Shown here: positions 36,706 to 47,332 of the stretch, one piece after another
Position numbering within the stretch: position 1 is the stretch's first letter
Layout of the letters: each line of letters starts with the position of its first letter
NCBI GenBank assembly: GCA_023390155.1
Contig: JAEWDJ010000111.1
Location: forward strand, 1 to 62,549
Length of the DNA: 62,549 nucleotides
Direction: 5' to 3'
Origin: Actinomycetes bacterium
GTDB taxonomy: Bacteria > Actinomycetota > Actinomycetes > Actinomycetales > Microbacteriaceae
The notes under the pieces: generated by a model
The model's database searches: none
Seen by the model: only the letters and a program-made list of their open reading frames with translations
Told to the model about the DNA's origin: nothing
Made by a program: the position numbers and the translations under genes

Positions 36706-37698
36706 ATGACACCGCGTCCGATCGAAGCGCTCGAGAGGGTCCGTGATCATCGCGGCGCCGTCCTCGTGGTCGGCTCGGCGAACGTCGACGGCACGTACTA
36801 CGTCGAGGCGCTGCCGGCGCCCGGCGAGACGGTCGTCACCGAGCGCTATGCGCAGGGCGTCGGGGGAAAAGGCGCCAATCAGGCGGCCGCCGCTGCGCGC
36901 ATCGGTGCCGGCGTCGGTTTCGTGGCGCGCGTCGGCGCGGATCCAGCGGGTGAGTTCGTGCTTCGCACGCTGGGCGAATCCGGCGTGGACGTCGGGGCGG
37001 TGCGCGTGACGCCGGGGTCTCCTACTGGCAATGCGGCGATCGCGGTCGATCGCGCCGGCGAGAACAGCATCATCGTCGCAGCAGGGGCGAATGCTCGGCT
37101 CGCCGCCTCAGATGTGGATGACGCGGCCGGACGGTTCACCGGTGCGGTCGTCGTAGTCCAGGGTGAGATCTCACCAGAGGTCATCGAGCGAGTCTCGCAG
37201 CAGGCCATGCGTTGCGAGGCGCGACTCGTCGTGAATCTCGCCCCGTTCGTCCCCGTGGCCGATGAGGCACTGCGCGCAGCCGAGGTCCTTGTCGTCAACG
37301 AGACCGAGGCGGTGGACCTCGCTGAGCACCTCGGTCTAGGGCACAGCTCGGACGCGAGCCACGGCCAGCCCCTTCGCGGGCTGGCCGTCGCGATCGTGGA
37401 GCGCCTGAGCGTCGACCTCGTCGTCACGCTCGGCGCCGCGGGCTCGCTCGTCGTTTCAGGTGGGGAGCTGATCGCGGTGACGGGCAGGCCTGCTGCGCGA
37501 GTCGTCGACACGACCGGCGCCGGCGATGCGTTCGTCGGCGCGCTGTCCGCAGGCCTGGCAGCGGGCATCGATCTCCACTCCTCCGTCGAGCTGGCTACGC
37601 ACTACGCCGCCGAGAGCGTCGCGGCGGCGGGAACGGTCGCCTCCTACCCGACAGTCGCCGAACTGCTGATCTCGTGGGGCACCGACCAGGACGCATGA
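36706..37698 (+). CDS. rbsK: Ribokinase (PfkB family)
   Basis: VGSANVD, PAPGET, GGKGANQA, GENSI, NETEA, DTTGAGDAF. Confidence 0.9.
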   Translation: MTPRPIEALERVRDHRGAVLVVGSANVDGTYYVEALPAPGETVVTERYAQGVGGKGANQAAAAARIGAGVGFVARVGADPAGEFVLRTLGESGVDVGAVRVTPGSPTGNAAIAVDRAGENSIIVAAGANARLAASDVDDAAGRFTGAVVVVQGEISPEVIERVSQQAMRCEARLVVNLAPFVPVADEALRAAEVLVVNETEAVDLAEHLGLGHSSDASHGQPLRGLAVAIVERLSVDLVVTLGAAGSLVVSGGELIAVTGRPAARVVDTTGAGDAFVGALSAGLAAGIDLHSSVELATHYAAESVAAAGTVASYPTVAELLISWGTDQDA

Positions 37699-38418
37699 AC
37701 TGGGTTTGCCAGGCCATGGGCCGAGAGAGGTCATGGGGAAACGACCGTTTCCGGCAGGACTACCTGCCCGCCAGATCCCCTGAGCTTCGGGTGAAGAAGG
37801 GTCGCATCAAGGCGTCGTACAGCGCGCAGCCGAACTGGCGCGACTAACCGACCAGTTCAAAGGAACCCTCTCCGCGATCGAAGCCGATACCGCCAACTCC
37901 ACGATCTCCACCCTAGACGCCGGGGCCGTCGCCCTACGCCTCCCGATCACCGACCTCATCGCATACGACACCGACGCCGGTCCTGTCCACGTCGCCGCCA
38001 CCGATATCGAAGACGGAACCGAGAAGCAGAGCTGCTGCGCCGCATCAGCGGAGGTCACAGCCTCGAGATCTGGCGGATGCGCCTTCCCGCCCCATCACCA
38101 AACCTCAGGCCTCCCGCATTCCGGAGGTACGACCGAGCACCTCTATGTCGCCGCCGGCCGCGCGCTGCTGGACCTGTAGGCGCTCTGGTAGAACTCGGCC
38201 CCGGCGTCGGAGGCCGAATCGGGGAGAAGCACCGTTTGGCAGCACCGGCTAGCCGGTTCCGCCGGTTTTGCTCATCTGCTGCAAGTGCATTTTCCGGTGC
38301 TTCGGCGGGGTCGGGTCACAGCGACCTCCTAGAGGCGCGAAGGAGGGGCGGGATTGTTATCCCGCCCCTCCTTGTCCTGACAAGGCCGCTTGCCAGAGAT
38401 TGCGCTGTTGTGGATCGA

Positions 38419-39657
38419 CTAACGCGTCCCACGGACAGGGGCGATGGCGATCGCGCCGAGAAGCGCGAACACTCCTCCGGCGATGAAGACGGCGACGTAG
38501 TTACCGCTCACGCCTGCAGCTCCGATGGCCAGGAAGGCCGGGGCGATGATCGGCGCCAGGGACTGCGGCAGCGCGTTGGCGATTTGGAAGACGCCCATGT
38601 CCTTCGCCGCGTCGTTCGGGTTCGGCAGCACAGCCGCGACCAGCGCGAGATCGACGGCATAGTAAAGCCCGCTACCGAAGGCGACGATGCCGGCGCCGAC
38701 CAGGTAGCCCCCGAAAGTAGACGACGAGCCAGCGACCACCAGGCCAGCTGCAAGAATCACCGCTGCAACGAACACGAAGGGCTTCCGGCGGCGGAACTTG
38801 TCAGACAGCCAGCCGCCGAGGATCGATAAGACGACGGTGATGACCGCGTTGATGAAAGTCGAGAAGAAGATGAAGGTCGCGATCTCGCTCGGGCCCACGT
38901 GCAGATGGTCGGTAAGGAAGTAGACGCCATAGGTCTGGATGAAGGCGTTTCCCATGAACACAAGGAATCGGCTGGCGAACGCCCACGCGAAGTCAGGGTG
39001 CTTGCGCGGGTTCACCCAGAACGTCCGGCCGAACTCCTTGAGGCTATACGGGCGAATCGTCGCCTTGTCCGCAGGGCGGTCCTTGAACGTGAACAAGATG
39101 AGGACCAACGACACCGCCGTAAGGAACCACGGCGCGAGGAACATCAGCAGCGGGTTTGTAGTGGTGAACTGGGTCATGAAGGTTCCGAGCAGAATCGACA
39201 GAGTTGCGCTAAGTCCCAGCAGTCCAGACACCCTTCCGCGCTGCTCCTCCGGGACCTGATCAGGCAGGAGCGCGTTGAGCGCTGCCTGGTTCGCGTTGAA
39301 GGCGATCTGTGCGATGGTCCATCCGATGCCGAACACGAGGATGTTGGGCGCAAGACCCATCGTTGCAAGGCCGATACCGCCTCCGACCACGCCGACGATC
39401 ATCCAGACCTTGCGCCGACCGACGCGCGCCGTCGTGCGGTCGGAGATCGCTCCCCAGATCGGGGTCGCGATGGTGGAGGCGAGCGCGCCGACGGCGAGCA
39501 CGATTCCGAGTTGCGCCGCCTTTTCGGCGACCGTCGTGATTTCAGCGACCTTGAGAGCGATCGTTACGACGACAGGGGTGAGCAGGGCGAGCCAGTTCGC
39601 GAACTGCGCGAACCAGTAAACCGCGATGAACGTCGCCGATGCTATCAGGATGACCGG
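38419..39657 (-). pseudogene. MFS sugar-type transporter, 5' end apparently truncated
   Basis: GAISDRT..GRRK, GWLSDKFRRRK; the frame stays open to a TGA at 39660 with no suitable start upstream of the first TM. Confidence 0.7.
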
Positions 39658-39755
39658 TCAGTCGTCCCGCCATCTAGGTGCCTTAGAGAAACCCGTCGGA
39701 CGAGCCGATATGGACTCTGTTCGTAATCCGTATCCCCTTGCTCGTACTGGTGTGA

Positions 39756-40217
39756 CTAGGCGATTGGTAGGGGCGAGGTCGTCTTTGTGATCCCGAAAGC
39801 AAAGGTGGTCTTGATGGATGACAGTTGGGGGATTTCGCGGATGTGGAGTCGAAGAAGATCCTCGTATGCGTCGAAGGAGGGGACCACGATCTTCGCAAGG
39901 TAATCGTCGTCGCCTGCGAGCAAGTAGGCCTCGACAACCTCCGGGATCTGCCGGAGCCGTTCCTCTACTTCGTCGACGACACCAGCTGCGTGCGACAGGA
40001 GTGTGAGACGCACGAATGCGGTGATGGGGAGGCCAACCGTCGGGGCCGAGACGATGGCCGCGTACTTCTCAATCACGCCGGCATCTTGCAGGTTGCGGAC
40101 CCGACGCAGGCAGGGCGATGGAGAGAGGCCGACCCGGTCAGCGAGTTCCTGGTTGGATGGTCGCCCATCGCGCTGGAGTTCCAGGAGGATGTGCTTGTCG
40201 ATGTCGTCGAGCTCCAT
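39756..40217 (-). CDS. Lrp/AsnC regulator
   Basis: LDDIDKHILLELQRDGR..VGLSPSPCLRRVRNL. Confidence 0.93.
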   Translation of the reverse strand: MELDDIDKHILLELQRDGRPSNQELADRVGLSPSPCLRRVRNLQDAGVIEKYAAIVSAPTVGLPITAFVRLTLLSHAAGVVDEVEERLRQIPEVVEAYLLAGDDDYLAKIVVPSFDAYEDLLRLHIREIPQLSSIKTTFAFGITKTTSPLPIA

Positions 40218-40303
40218 GGTTAGCAGATTCTGCCATATTGGGGGCCTTCACCAGCAGTATCGGCAATCGCATGCCCGGTCATTTTTTCTAGAGTTGCGCA
40301 CGT

Positions 40304-41272
40304 ATGGTGGAGGGAGCCGAGGTGCGCAAGCAGCAGTTGACTGGAGTTCTGGCGTTGGCGGTGGCGATCGGCCTCTGGGCGTCGTTCGCGCTCACCATTC
40401 GAGGTATCGGCCACTCGACCCTCACTCCGGTGGATGCTGCAATGATCCGGTTCGCGACGCCCGTCGTGTTGTTGAGCCCGTGGATTCCGCAGACGCTTCG
40501 AGCGTTGCGGACGGCTCGCCCGGCTGTGCTGGGGTTGCTGCTCGTCGGGGGCCTGCCGCACTTTCTGCTGTCGACCTTCGGCGGCGAACTGACATCGGCG
40601 GCGCTCGTGGGCGTTCTTCTTCCTGGCACCGCGCCTCTCTTCGTCGCTGCCATCCTCTTCTTTTCGTGGCGCGAGCGTCTGCCCTTAGTGAAGACCGCGG
40701 CGCTCGGTCTCATCGTCGTCGGCGTCGTCGCGACCGCTGCCCTGACGGGTTCGAGCGCGACGAGCATCGGTGTCGTGGTTCTTACCGCGGGTGGCCTTGC
40801 CTGGGCGGTCTACACGATCGGGCTGAGGATGACGCACCTTGGGGCTCCAGGCGTAGCGCTCGTGGTTTGCGCGCCCTCCGCGGTGGTCGCGTTTGTGCTC
40901 GCGGCTTGCGGATTCCTCCCCTCCCACCTGCTGACCGTTTCAGCATCCCTCGCTGATGTAGCCGGCTTCACCATCCTGCAGGGCGTCGGAACGGGGATCG
41001 TTTCGACATTGAGCTTCGCCTATGCCGTGCGATCACTTGGAAGCGCTGTCGCCTCAACGGCCGGCGCACTGAGTCCGGTGCTGACGACGGTGTTGGCGGT
41101 TCCGCTGTTCGGCGAACCCATCACCGCCGCGATCTGGATAGCGGTCTGCTCGATCGTCGGAGGCGTTCTTTGGTTCAACCTGAGCCGGTCTTCGAGTAGG
41201 GCGCCTCGGACACGTCGCGCCTCAACGCTTAGCGACACGGACGTCGCCACATTGAGTGGGGCTGACAGATAA
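40304..41272 (+). CDS. EamA/DMT transporter
   Basis: About 10 TMs, AAMIRF, LAVPLFGE; divergent from Lrp. Confidence 0.85.
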   Translation: MVEGAEVRKQQLTGVLALAVAIGLWASFALTIRGIGHSTLTPVDAAMIRFATPVVLLSPWIPQTLRALRTARPAVLGLLLVGGLPHFLLSTFGGELTSAALVGVLLPGTAPLFVAAILFFSWRERLPLVKTAALGLIVVGVVATAALTGSSATSIGVVVLTAGGLAWAVYTIGLRMTHLGAPGVALVVCAPSAVVAFVLAACGFLPSHLLTVSASLADVAGFTILQGVGTGIVSTLSFAYAVRSLGSAVASTAGALSPVLTTVLAVPLFGEPITAAIWIAVCSIVGGVLWFNLSRSSSRAPRTRRASTLSDTDVATLSGADR

Positions 41273-41292
41273 CCGGCCAGCTCGAACGTGCT

Positions 41293-41754
41293 CTACAGCC
41301 GTTGAGTCGGGTACGGCCGGTCGACCACGACGTTCTTCATGACAAGGGTGGAGGTCAGCCGCGCGACACCAGGCAGCGCCGACAGCACATCGTCCTCAAG
41401 CTGAGCGTAGGCATCCAAATCCACCGTCCGGACGCGCAGCAGGTAATCCGGATCACCGAAGAGGCGCTGCGCGAGCAGCACGTTCGGAATCTCCGCCACG
41501 GCGGCCTCGAATCCTAAGAGGGTCGCGCGGTCTTCCTGTTTCATCGTGACGAATACCAGCGCCTCGAACCCCAGTCCAAGTGCTCGAGGATCGACAATCG
41601 CGCGGTAGCCGGTGATCGCGCCATCCTTCTCCAAATCGCGCACGCGACGATGCGCCGGGGACACCGTCAGACCGACACGAGACGCCAGATCAGTGAGGCT
41701 GAGCCGACCGTCGGATTGGAGTTCAGCAAGAATCCTTCTGTCCAGCGCATCCAT
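41293..41754 (-). CDS. Lrp/AsnC regulator
   Basis: MDALDRRILAELQSDGRLS..RRVRDLEKDGAITGY. Confidence 0.92.
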   Translation of the reverse strand: MDALDRRILAELQSDGRLSLTDLASRVGLTVSPAHRRVRDLEKDGAITGYRAIVDPRALGLGFEALVFVTMKQEDRATLLGFEAAVAEIPNVLLAQRLFGDPDYLLRVRTVDLDAYAQLEDDVLSALPGVARLTSTLVMKNVVVDRPYPTQRL

Positions 41755-41849
41755 GTCCCTGATTTTTCCACAGAACGCCATGGGGCGGAGGAAATGCAGG
41801 AACACTTGCGGCGCGATCTCACCTAACGTTCCTGTGAAGAAAGAGTGAG

Positions 41850-42479
41850 GTGGGAGTGGACGCCAGTTCGGTAGCCCAGTTCTGGGTCGTCGCGGTGCTG
41901 CTGGCGCTGACTCCCGGAGCAGATTGGGCGTATGCAATTGCCGCAGGTCTGGGCGCACGATCGGTTGTTCCATCGGTACTCGGGATGCTCTTCGGGTACG
42001 CCGCGGTGGTCACGGTTGTCGCCGTCGGTGTGGGCACCCTCATCGCCTCCTATCCGACGGCTTTGACCGTGCTCACCATCGCCGGGGCGCTCTACCTCCT
42101 GTATCTCGGAATCTCCACTCTGTTCGCTCAAGTCGGACACGTCACCGCAAGCGACCGCGCCGTCGGCGATAACCCGGTCGTGCAGTTCTTCCGCGGGGCC
42201 GGGGTCAGCGGCATCAACCCGAAGGGTCTGTTGCTGCTGCTCGCACTGCTGCCTCAGTTCACCAGCCCGCATGGCTGGCCCGGCTCGACACAGATGCTGG
42301 TGCTGGGCGGCCTGCACATCTTGAACTGCGCGGTCGTTTACTTCACCGTCGCCATCCTTGCCCGTCGAATACTCCGGTCACGCCCCCGCGCGACCGTCGT
42401 AGTCACCAAGCTCGCCGGAATTGCCATGACCGCAATCGGCGGCTTCATCCTCGTCGAGCGACTCATGGAGCTGCGATGA
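41850..42479 (+). CDS. LysE/RhtB family exporter
   Basis: TPGADW, GALYLLYLG, NPKG. Confidence 0.9.
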   Translation: MGVDASSVAQFWVVAVLLALTPGADWAYAIAAGLGARSVVPSVLGMLFGYAAVVTVVAVGVGTLIASYPTALTVLTIAGALYLLYLGISTLFAQVGHVTASDRAVGDNPVVQFFRGAGVSGINPKGLLLLLALLPQFTSPHGWPGSTQMLVLGGLHILNCAVVYFTVAILARRILRSRPRATVVVTKLAGIAMTAIGGFILVERLMELR

Positions 42480-42590
42480 CTACCCAATCTGCTGCACTGT
42501 CCCGCGCCTTCCCAAGCGCAATCGGCGGGACCGCTCTCGCCTCCCGTCCTCTCCGCGAAATCACCGCCTCAGCCTGAAACGACCAAACAC

Positions 42591-43223
42591 ATGGAACCTG
42601 CCGCCGTCCTCGGCTTCGCCGCGATCGCCGCAACGCTCATCGCCGTACCCGGCCCGGACTGGGCGTACGTCCTCGCGGCCGGCGCCCGCGACCACGTCGT
42701 ACTTCCAGCCGTCGCCGGAATCGTCGCCGGCTACGCCCTCATCACCACGATCATCGTCATAGGCGTGGGCCCGCTAGTGGCCGCAGTCCCGTTCGCGCTA
42801 CTAGCCCTCACCGTCGCGGGATCCGCCTACCTCATCTACCTCGGCATCCGAACGCTCGCCTCTAGTAGAAAAGCCCACGCGACCGCGGAGACCGGGACGC
42901 TCGCAGCCTCCACCCGCGGGTACGTCCTGCGCGGGATCGGCGTCAGCGGCCTAAACCCCAAAGGGATCTTGATCTTCCTCTCCATCCTCCCGCAGTTCAC
43001 GCAGCACGCGGGCGGCTGGCCGTTGCCAGCGCAGTTTGCCTTCCTTGGCATCGTCTACATGCTGATCACCGCGGCCTTCTACGTGCCACTCGGCTACGCT
43101 GCCGACCGAGTCCTCGGCGCACGTCCCCGCGTGGCCAAGATCACCACTCTGATCGCGGGCATCGCCATGATCCTCGTCGGCATCGCCCTACTCGCAGAGC
43201 GCACCATCGAAACACTTCACTGA
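42591..43223 (+). CDS. LysE/RhtB family exporter (tandem paralog)
   Basis: VPGPDW, GSAYLIYLG, NPKG..LPQFT. Confidence 0.9.
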   Translation: MEPAAVLGFAAIAATLIAVPGPDWAYVLAAGARDHVVLPAVAGIVAGYALITTIIVIGVGPLVAAVPFALLALTVAGSAYLIYLGIRTLASSRKAHATAETGTLAASTRGYVLRGIGVSGLNPKGILIFLSILPQFTQHAGGWPLPAQFAFLGIVYMLITAAFYVPLGYAADRVLGARPRVAKITTLIAGIAMILVGIALLAERTIETLH

Positions 43224-43524
43224 AACAGGAACCGAGCTCGTCCGACGCCGCGGTGAAGGCCCGGGCGAACTCGTCCTCGGTCGCTGTATCGACGGCAAGA
43301 ACACGACACTCGCGGCTGGGCTCACGCCGGCCGTCGGTGGGGTCTTCGGGAAGCGTCACGCCGTGTGCGCCTAGGCGCTGACGTGTCCTCTGGCCCATCA
43401 TGCTCGTTCCGGGACAGTTCAAACCATCTCCGGGTTGTGCAGGGCGCGATCTTGTTGCGGCCAACCACGATGGATGTGGCAATGAGTAGGCTTACTCGAC
43501 ACTACTAACGTGGAGTCCCCTTGA

Positions 43525-43553
43525 GGGGCCAGGGTTCAAATCCTTGCGGCGCA
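43525..43553 (+). other. tRNA 3'-end relic (T-arm plus acceptor strand), probable old att site
   Basis: CAGGG-TTCAAAT-CCTTG-CGGCGCA; no 5' half; about 700 bp upstream of a broken integrase. Confidence 0.55.
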
Positions 43554-43700
43554 GTTCGAAGGTCCAGCCCTAAACGGGCAGTCGATCTCGCACGAGATAA
43601 GTCAGTCGCAGTCGTCGGAGATCGCCTGAAAATCGCGTGGTGCGCCGATGCTCCGGTAATTCCAATTGAGCCGCCCGTGGCGGCGCTGCCCGGCTGACTT

Positions 43701-43855
43701 GTTTGACTTTCCGCCGGCCGATCGTAGCTCGTTCCCGGCTCTCCGTGCCGGGCTTTCGCGGCATATCCTCGCTCCGCTTCCCTCCGTTCCGGTATTCCAC
43801 GGTCCCGGCACTGCGCCCCTCCCACTCGCTCTCGATCTCTCCGCCGGAAGGCAAA
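43701..43855 (+). promoter_or_regulatory. Leader hairpin, copy upstream of small ORF 43885
   Basis: 150/155 nt identical to 59101-59255; nested inverted repeats. Confidence 0.8.
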
Positions 43856-43884
43856 GAAGAACGAGAGACAGGGGAGTGATTGTG

Positions 43885-44280
43885 ATGCGGGTAATCCTCA
43901 TGGACAGCAGAAACATGGGTCCGGAACTGCAGGGTGGGCTAATCGGCGTGGTTGGCTCGATCAACCCGAGCCCGGAGGAGAAGAACGAATGCGTTGAGAC
44001 GGTCAGCCGCTTCGCCATGGATGGATGGGCGATCGCAGCAGACCCGTTCACGCCGATCGGTCGATTGGCCGCGCTGACCGCGGAGGCGGCGTGCGTTCCA
44101 TTCGTTCGCCTCACCGACGCTCGCCGCCCGCAGCGGGCCGCGCGTAGCATGGGCGCCACGCGTAGTACCGAGCGGGATTCCGCTGACCTCAACGGATCGC
44201 CGTTTCCCGCGCTGACGCCCGAGATCCGCAACAGCGGAGTCGGGCCGACTGGCTCGCGTATCGAGAACGGGGGTCGGTGA
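43885..44280 (+). CDS. Small hypothetical protein, paralog of 59287-59580
   Basis: First 74 aa are 52/74 identical to 59287-59580; GGGGAG upstream. Confidence 0.7.
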   Translation: MRVILMDSRNMGPELQGGLIGVVGSINPSPEEKNECVETVSRFAMDGWAIAADPFTPIGRLAALTAEAACVPFVRLTDARRPQRAARSMGATRSTERDSADLNGSPFPALTPEIRNSGVGPTGSRIENGGR

Positions 44281-45355
44281 TCATGTCCCGTCCTCCGCTG
44301 GTCTCCGAAACGTGGGGCACCGTCACCACGCGCATGCTTACGCAAAGCCGCTGGGCCGCGCGTGCCCGCTATCGCGACGTCGATGGTCGCACGCGACAGA
44401 TTGAACGCATCGGGCGCACCAAACAGAAGGCCGAAGCACTCCTTCGCGAGGCGATGCGGGATCGCATCAAGCCGCTCGGCGACGGCGAGCTCAACCCGGA
44501 GACGAGGCTCGCCGACCTGGCGATCGTTTGGTGGGATGAATTCAGCCACACCTCCCGCTCGAATGGGACGTTGCGTCGTTACGAGACCGTCCTGGACAAA
44601 TACATCGTGCCGAATCTCGGCGGGTGGATGATCCGTGAGGCTTCCGTCTCGAAGTTGGATCGGTTCATCAAGCAAACTGCTCGGCTGAACGGCTACTCGA
44701 ACGCGAGCATCGCCGTCGTCCTGCTCACGGGGATGTTCGGCATGGCCGCCCGCCATGACGCGATCGAAACCAACCCGATGAAATCGGTCGCGCCGGTGGA
44801 GGAACCGGATCATCAGGTCGCCACGTTCTCCCTTGAAGATGTTGCCGAGCTTCGGGAGATCCTCGCTCGCTGGGACGCCGGCTTGGATGCATCCGGTCGG
44901 CGCCGCGGTACCGACCTCGCGGATCCCGTGGACTTCTTCCTTGGCACGGGGTGCCGGCCAGGCGAGGTGTTAGCGCTGATGTGGGAGGACGTCGACTTCA
45001 CAATCCAACCGTTCGCGGTCGATATCCACCGGACCATGGCGAAAAACCGCGAAGGTCGCTGGACGGTTCAGAACAAGACGAAGACCGGCGGCGGGCGACG
45101 ACTGTTCCTACCCACGTTCGTGTGAAAGATGCTCCTCCGTCGACGAGTGGAATCCTTTTCGGAGCTCGTCTTTCCTTCCTCGACGCTCACGCCGCGCATT
45201 CCTGACAACTTCCGACTTCAATGGCACATCGCGTTAAAGGGCACGCGCTTCGAGGGACGGGTGCCGAAGGACTTTAGGTCCACGGTCGCAACGGCACTCC
45301 GTGATGCGGTTGGCCTCGAGCGCGCGCAGCACCAATTAGGCCACTCGACGTACGC
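44277..45355 (+). pseudogene. Second tyrosine integrase, in-frame stop and C-terminal truncation
   Basis: TGCRPGE, TGA at 45123-45125, then KDFRST..LGHS; the sequence then switches into the opposite-strand regulator. Confidence 0.85.
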
Positions 45356-46175
45356 CGGCACGGTGAGTGCGTCGGCGCTCGGACCGCCGGGGGCTGCGGT
45401 GTAGATGGTCAGGACGAGGCCGGGGGCGGAGGAGAGCTCCATCGCCTCGAAGTCGAGGTCGAGGTCGCCCACGATCGGGTGGTGCATCAGCTTGCGTCCC
45501 GCGCGGTGGAAGCCGACGTCATGTCTCGTCCACCATTGCCTGAACCGGTCGCTCCGCGTGGCCATTTCGCCAACCAGGTCGGAGATGCCCTTGTCGTCGG
45601 GATTGCGAGCCGCTTCTGCGCGCAGGTAGGCTGCGCTGTCCGAAGCGACCGCCTCCCAGTCGCGCCAGAAAGTCGTGGCGGCAGGGTCGAGGAACGTGAA
45701 CCGGGCGAGATCGCCTGTCGCGTGGGGTACTGGAGGGTCGGCATGAGCAGCGCGCGTGCGAGCTGGTTGGTAGCGAGGATGTCGTAGCGCCCGTCGCGCA
45801 CCCAGGCGGGGCGTCTTGAATCGCGTCCATTGCATGGATGATCGATGAGCGGACGCGCGTCTCCCGTGGCCTCCGGCGCGGGATCGGGCCGGCGTTGGCG
45901 CGTCGGGCGAGGTCCATGAGGTGCTCTCTCTCGGCGTCGTCGAGCCGGAGCGCACGCGAGATGCTGGTCAGGACTCGCTCCGAGACGCCGGTGAGCTCAC
46001 GGCGTTCGAGCTTCGTGTAGTAGTCGACCGACAGGCTGGCGAGCATCGCCACTTCTTCCCGGCGCAGACCGGGGACTCGTCGGTTGCCGCCGTACGCGGG
46101 CAGGCCCGCATCGGTCGGAGTCAGCCGGGCACGGCGACGTGTCAAGAAGTCCCGTACTTCGCCCTTGTCGTCCAC
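45350..46175 (-). pseudogene. MmyB-like XRE regulator, frameshifted
   Basis: FLTRRRARLTP..RRVPGLRREEVA; the ligand domain is split over three frames (RDGRYDILATN; HPIVGDLDLDFE). Confidence 0.85.
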
Positions 46176-46338
46176 CTGTCAGGCTATCTCTCGTCAAGGC
46201 CCAGAGAGAGGTTCTGCTGGAGCCTGGTTCAACAGAATCTCCCGCACGAGCGCGTCTCGTCGTCTGATGGTGTTCGAGCACGAGGAGAGAAGCCTTATCG
46301 CAGCCGCCGGTTGCGGTGCTCGACGAGAGAGGAACGAC

Positions 46339-47316
46339 ACGACGAACGAAGGTCTCCGGCAGGGGAAAGTCGCCCTGGGCACATGGGCACATGGGCACAT
46401 GGGCACATGGGCGTGGGGCGACAGCGGCACGAGCGGGGACGGGTACTTTGGTAGCACCCTCAGCCAGAGTTCACTGGAGCAGGTCGCCGATGACGCACGA
46501 GCCGCCGGCCTCACCTTGTGGGATACCGCCCTGGTCTATGGGATAGGCCGTTCCGAGACTGTCATGGGGCGGGTGCTGCGACGATTCGACCGCGCCGAAT
46601 ACCAGCTCTCCACTAAGTTTACTCCGCAGATCGCCGGCTCCGGGCATGACCCGGTCGCCGACATGCTGGACCAGAGCCTGACGAACCTCGGGACCGAGTA
46701 CGTCGACCTCTATTGGATTCACAATCCGCCAGACGTGGCGCGGTGGACGCCGTCGCCGATCCCGTTGCTGGAGAGCGGGAAGGTGAGGCACGTCGGCGTC
46801 TCCAACCACGATCTGGAAGAGATCCAGCTTGCCGACCGGATCCTCGGCGAGGCGGGCTACCGGGTCGAGGCGGTCCAGAACCACTACAGCCTGCTCTATC
46901 GCAGCTCGGAGAACGCCGGGATTCTGGACTACTGCCGTCGCAACGACATCGCCTTCTACGCGTACATGGTTCTCGAGCAGGGAGCCCTGTCCGGGCGGTA
47001 CGGGGTTGACAACCCGCTGCCGCTCGGCAGCACCCGGGCGGAGGTCTACAACGGCATGCTGCCCCAGCTGCAGTATCTGAGCGAGAGGCTCACCGAGCTG
47101 GGACGTCTCCGCGGGGCGTGGGCTGCGGAGGTGGAGACCGCGTGGGCGAACGCGAAGGGCGCCACACCGATCATAGGGGTGACCAAGCCCCAGTATGTCG
47201 ATGGTCTGGTGCGCGCGACGCACATCACGCTGTCCCAGGATGAGATCGGTGAGTTGGAATCGCTCGCCGACAGCGCAAGCGTCGACACGAGGGGAAGCTG
47301 GGAGCACGAGATGTAG
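46339..47316 (+). CDS. Aldo/keto reductase with an 8-bp repeat expansion; start codon appears to be ACG (possible pseudogene)
   Basis: ALGTW..WG, WDTALVYG, LSTKF, YVDLYWIH, VGVSNH, QNHYSLL. Confidence 0.75.
   Translation, partial: TTNEGLRQGKVALGTWAHGHMGTWAWGDSGTSGDGYFGSTLSQSSLEQVADDARAAGLTLWDTALVYGIGRSETVMGRVLRRFDRAEYQLSTKFTPQIAGSGHDPVADMLDQSLTNLGTEYVDLYWIHNPPDVARWTPSPIPLLESGKVRHVGVSNHDLEEIQLADRILGEAGYRVEAVQNHYSLLYRSSENAGILDYCRRNDIAFYAYMVLEQGALSGRYGVDNPLPLGSTRAEVYNGMLPQLQYLSERLTELGRLRGAWAAEVETAWANAKGATPIIGVTKPQYVDGLVRATHITLSQDEIGELESLADSASVDTRGSWEHEM
46376..46412 (+). repeat. Tandem repeat TGGGCACA x4 (+TGGGC)
   Basis: Read directly from the sequence. Confidence 0.95.
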
Positions 47317-47332
47317 TCAGGTGGAGTCGCGA

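Noticed and set aside
37700..38410. ORFs between ribokinase and MFS
   Set aside because: Only short, start-less coding-like fragments; no family recognised.
43500..43560. A third full tRNA gene
   Set aside because: Only the T-arm and a shortened acceptor strand are present; no D-arm or anticodon arm.
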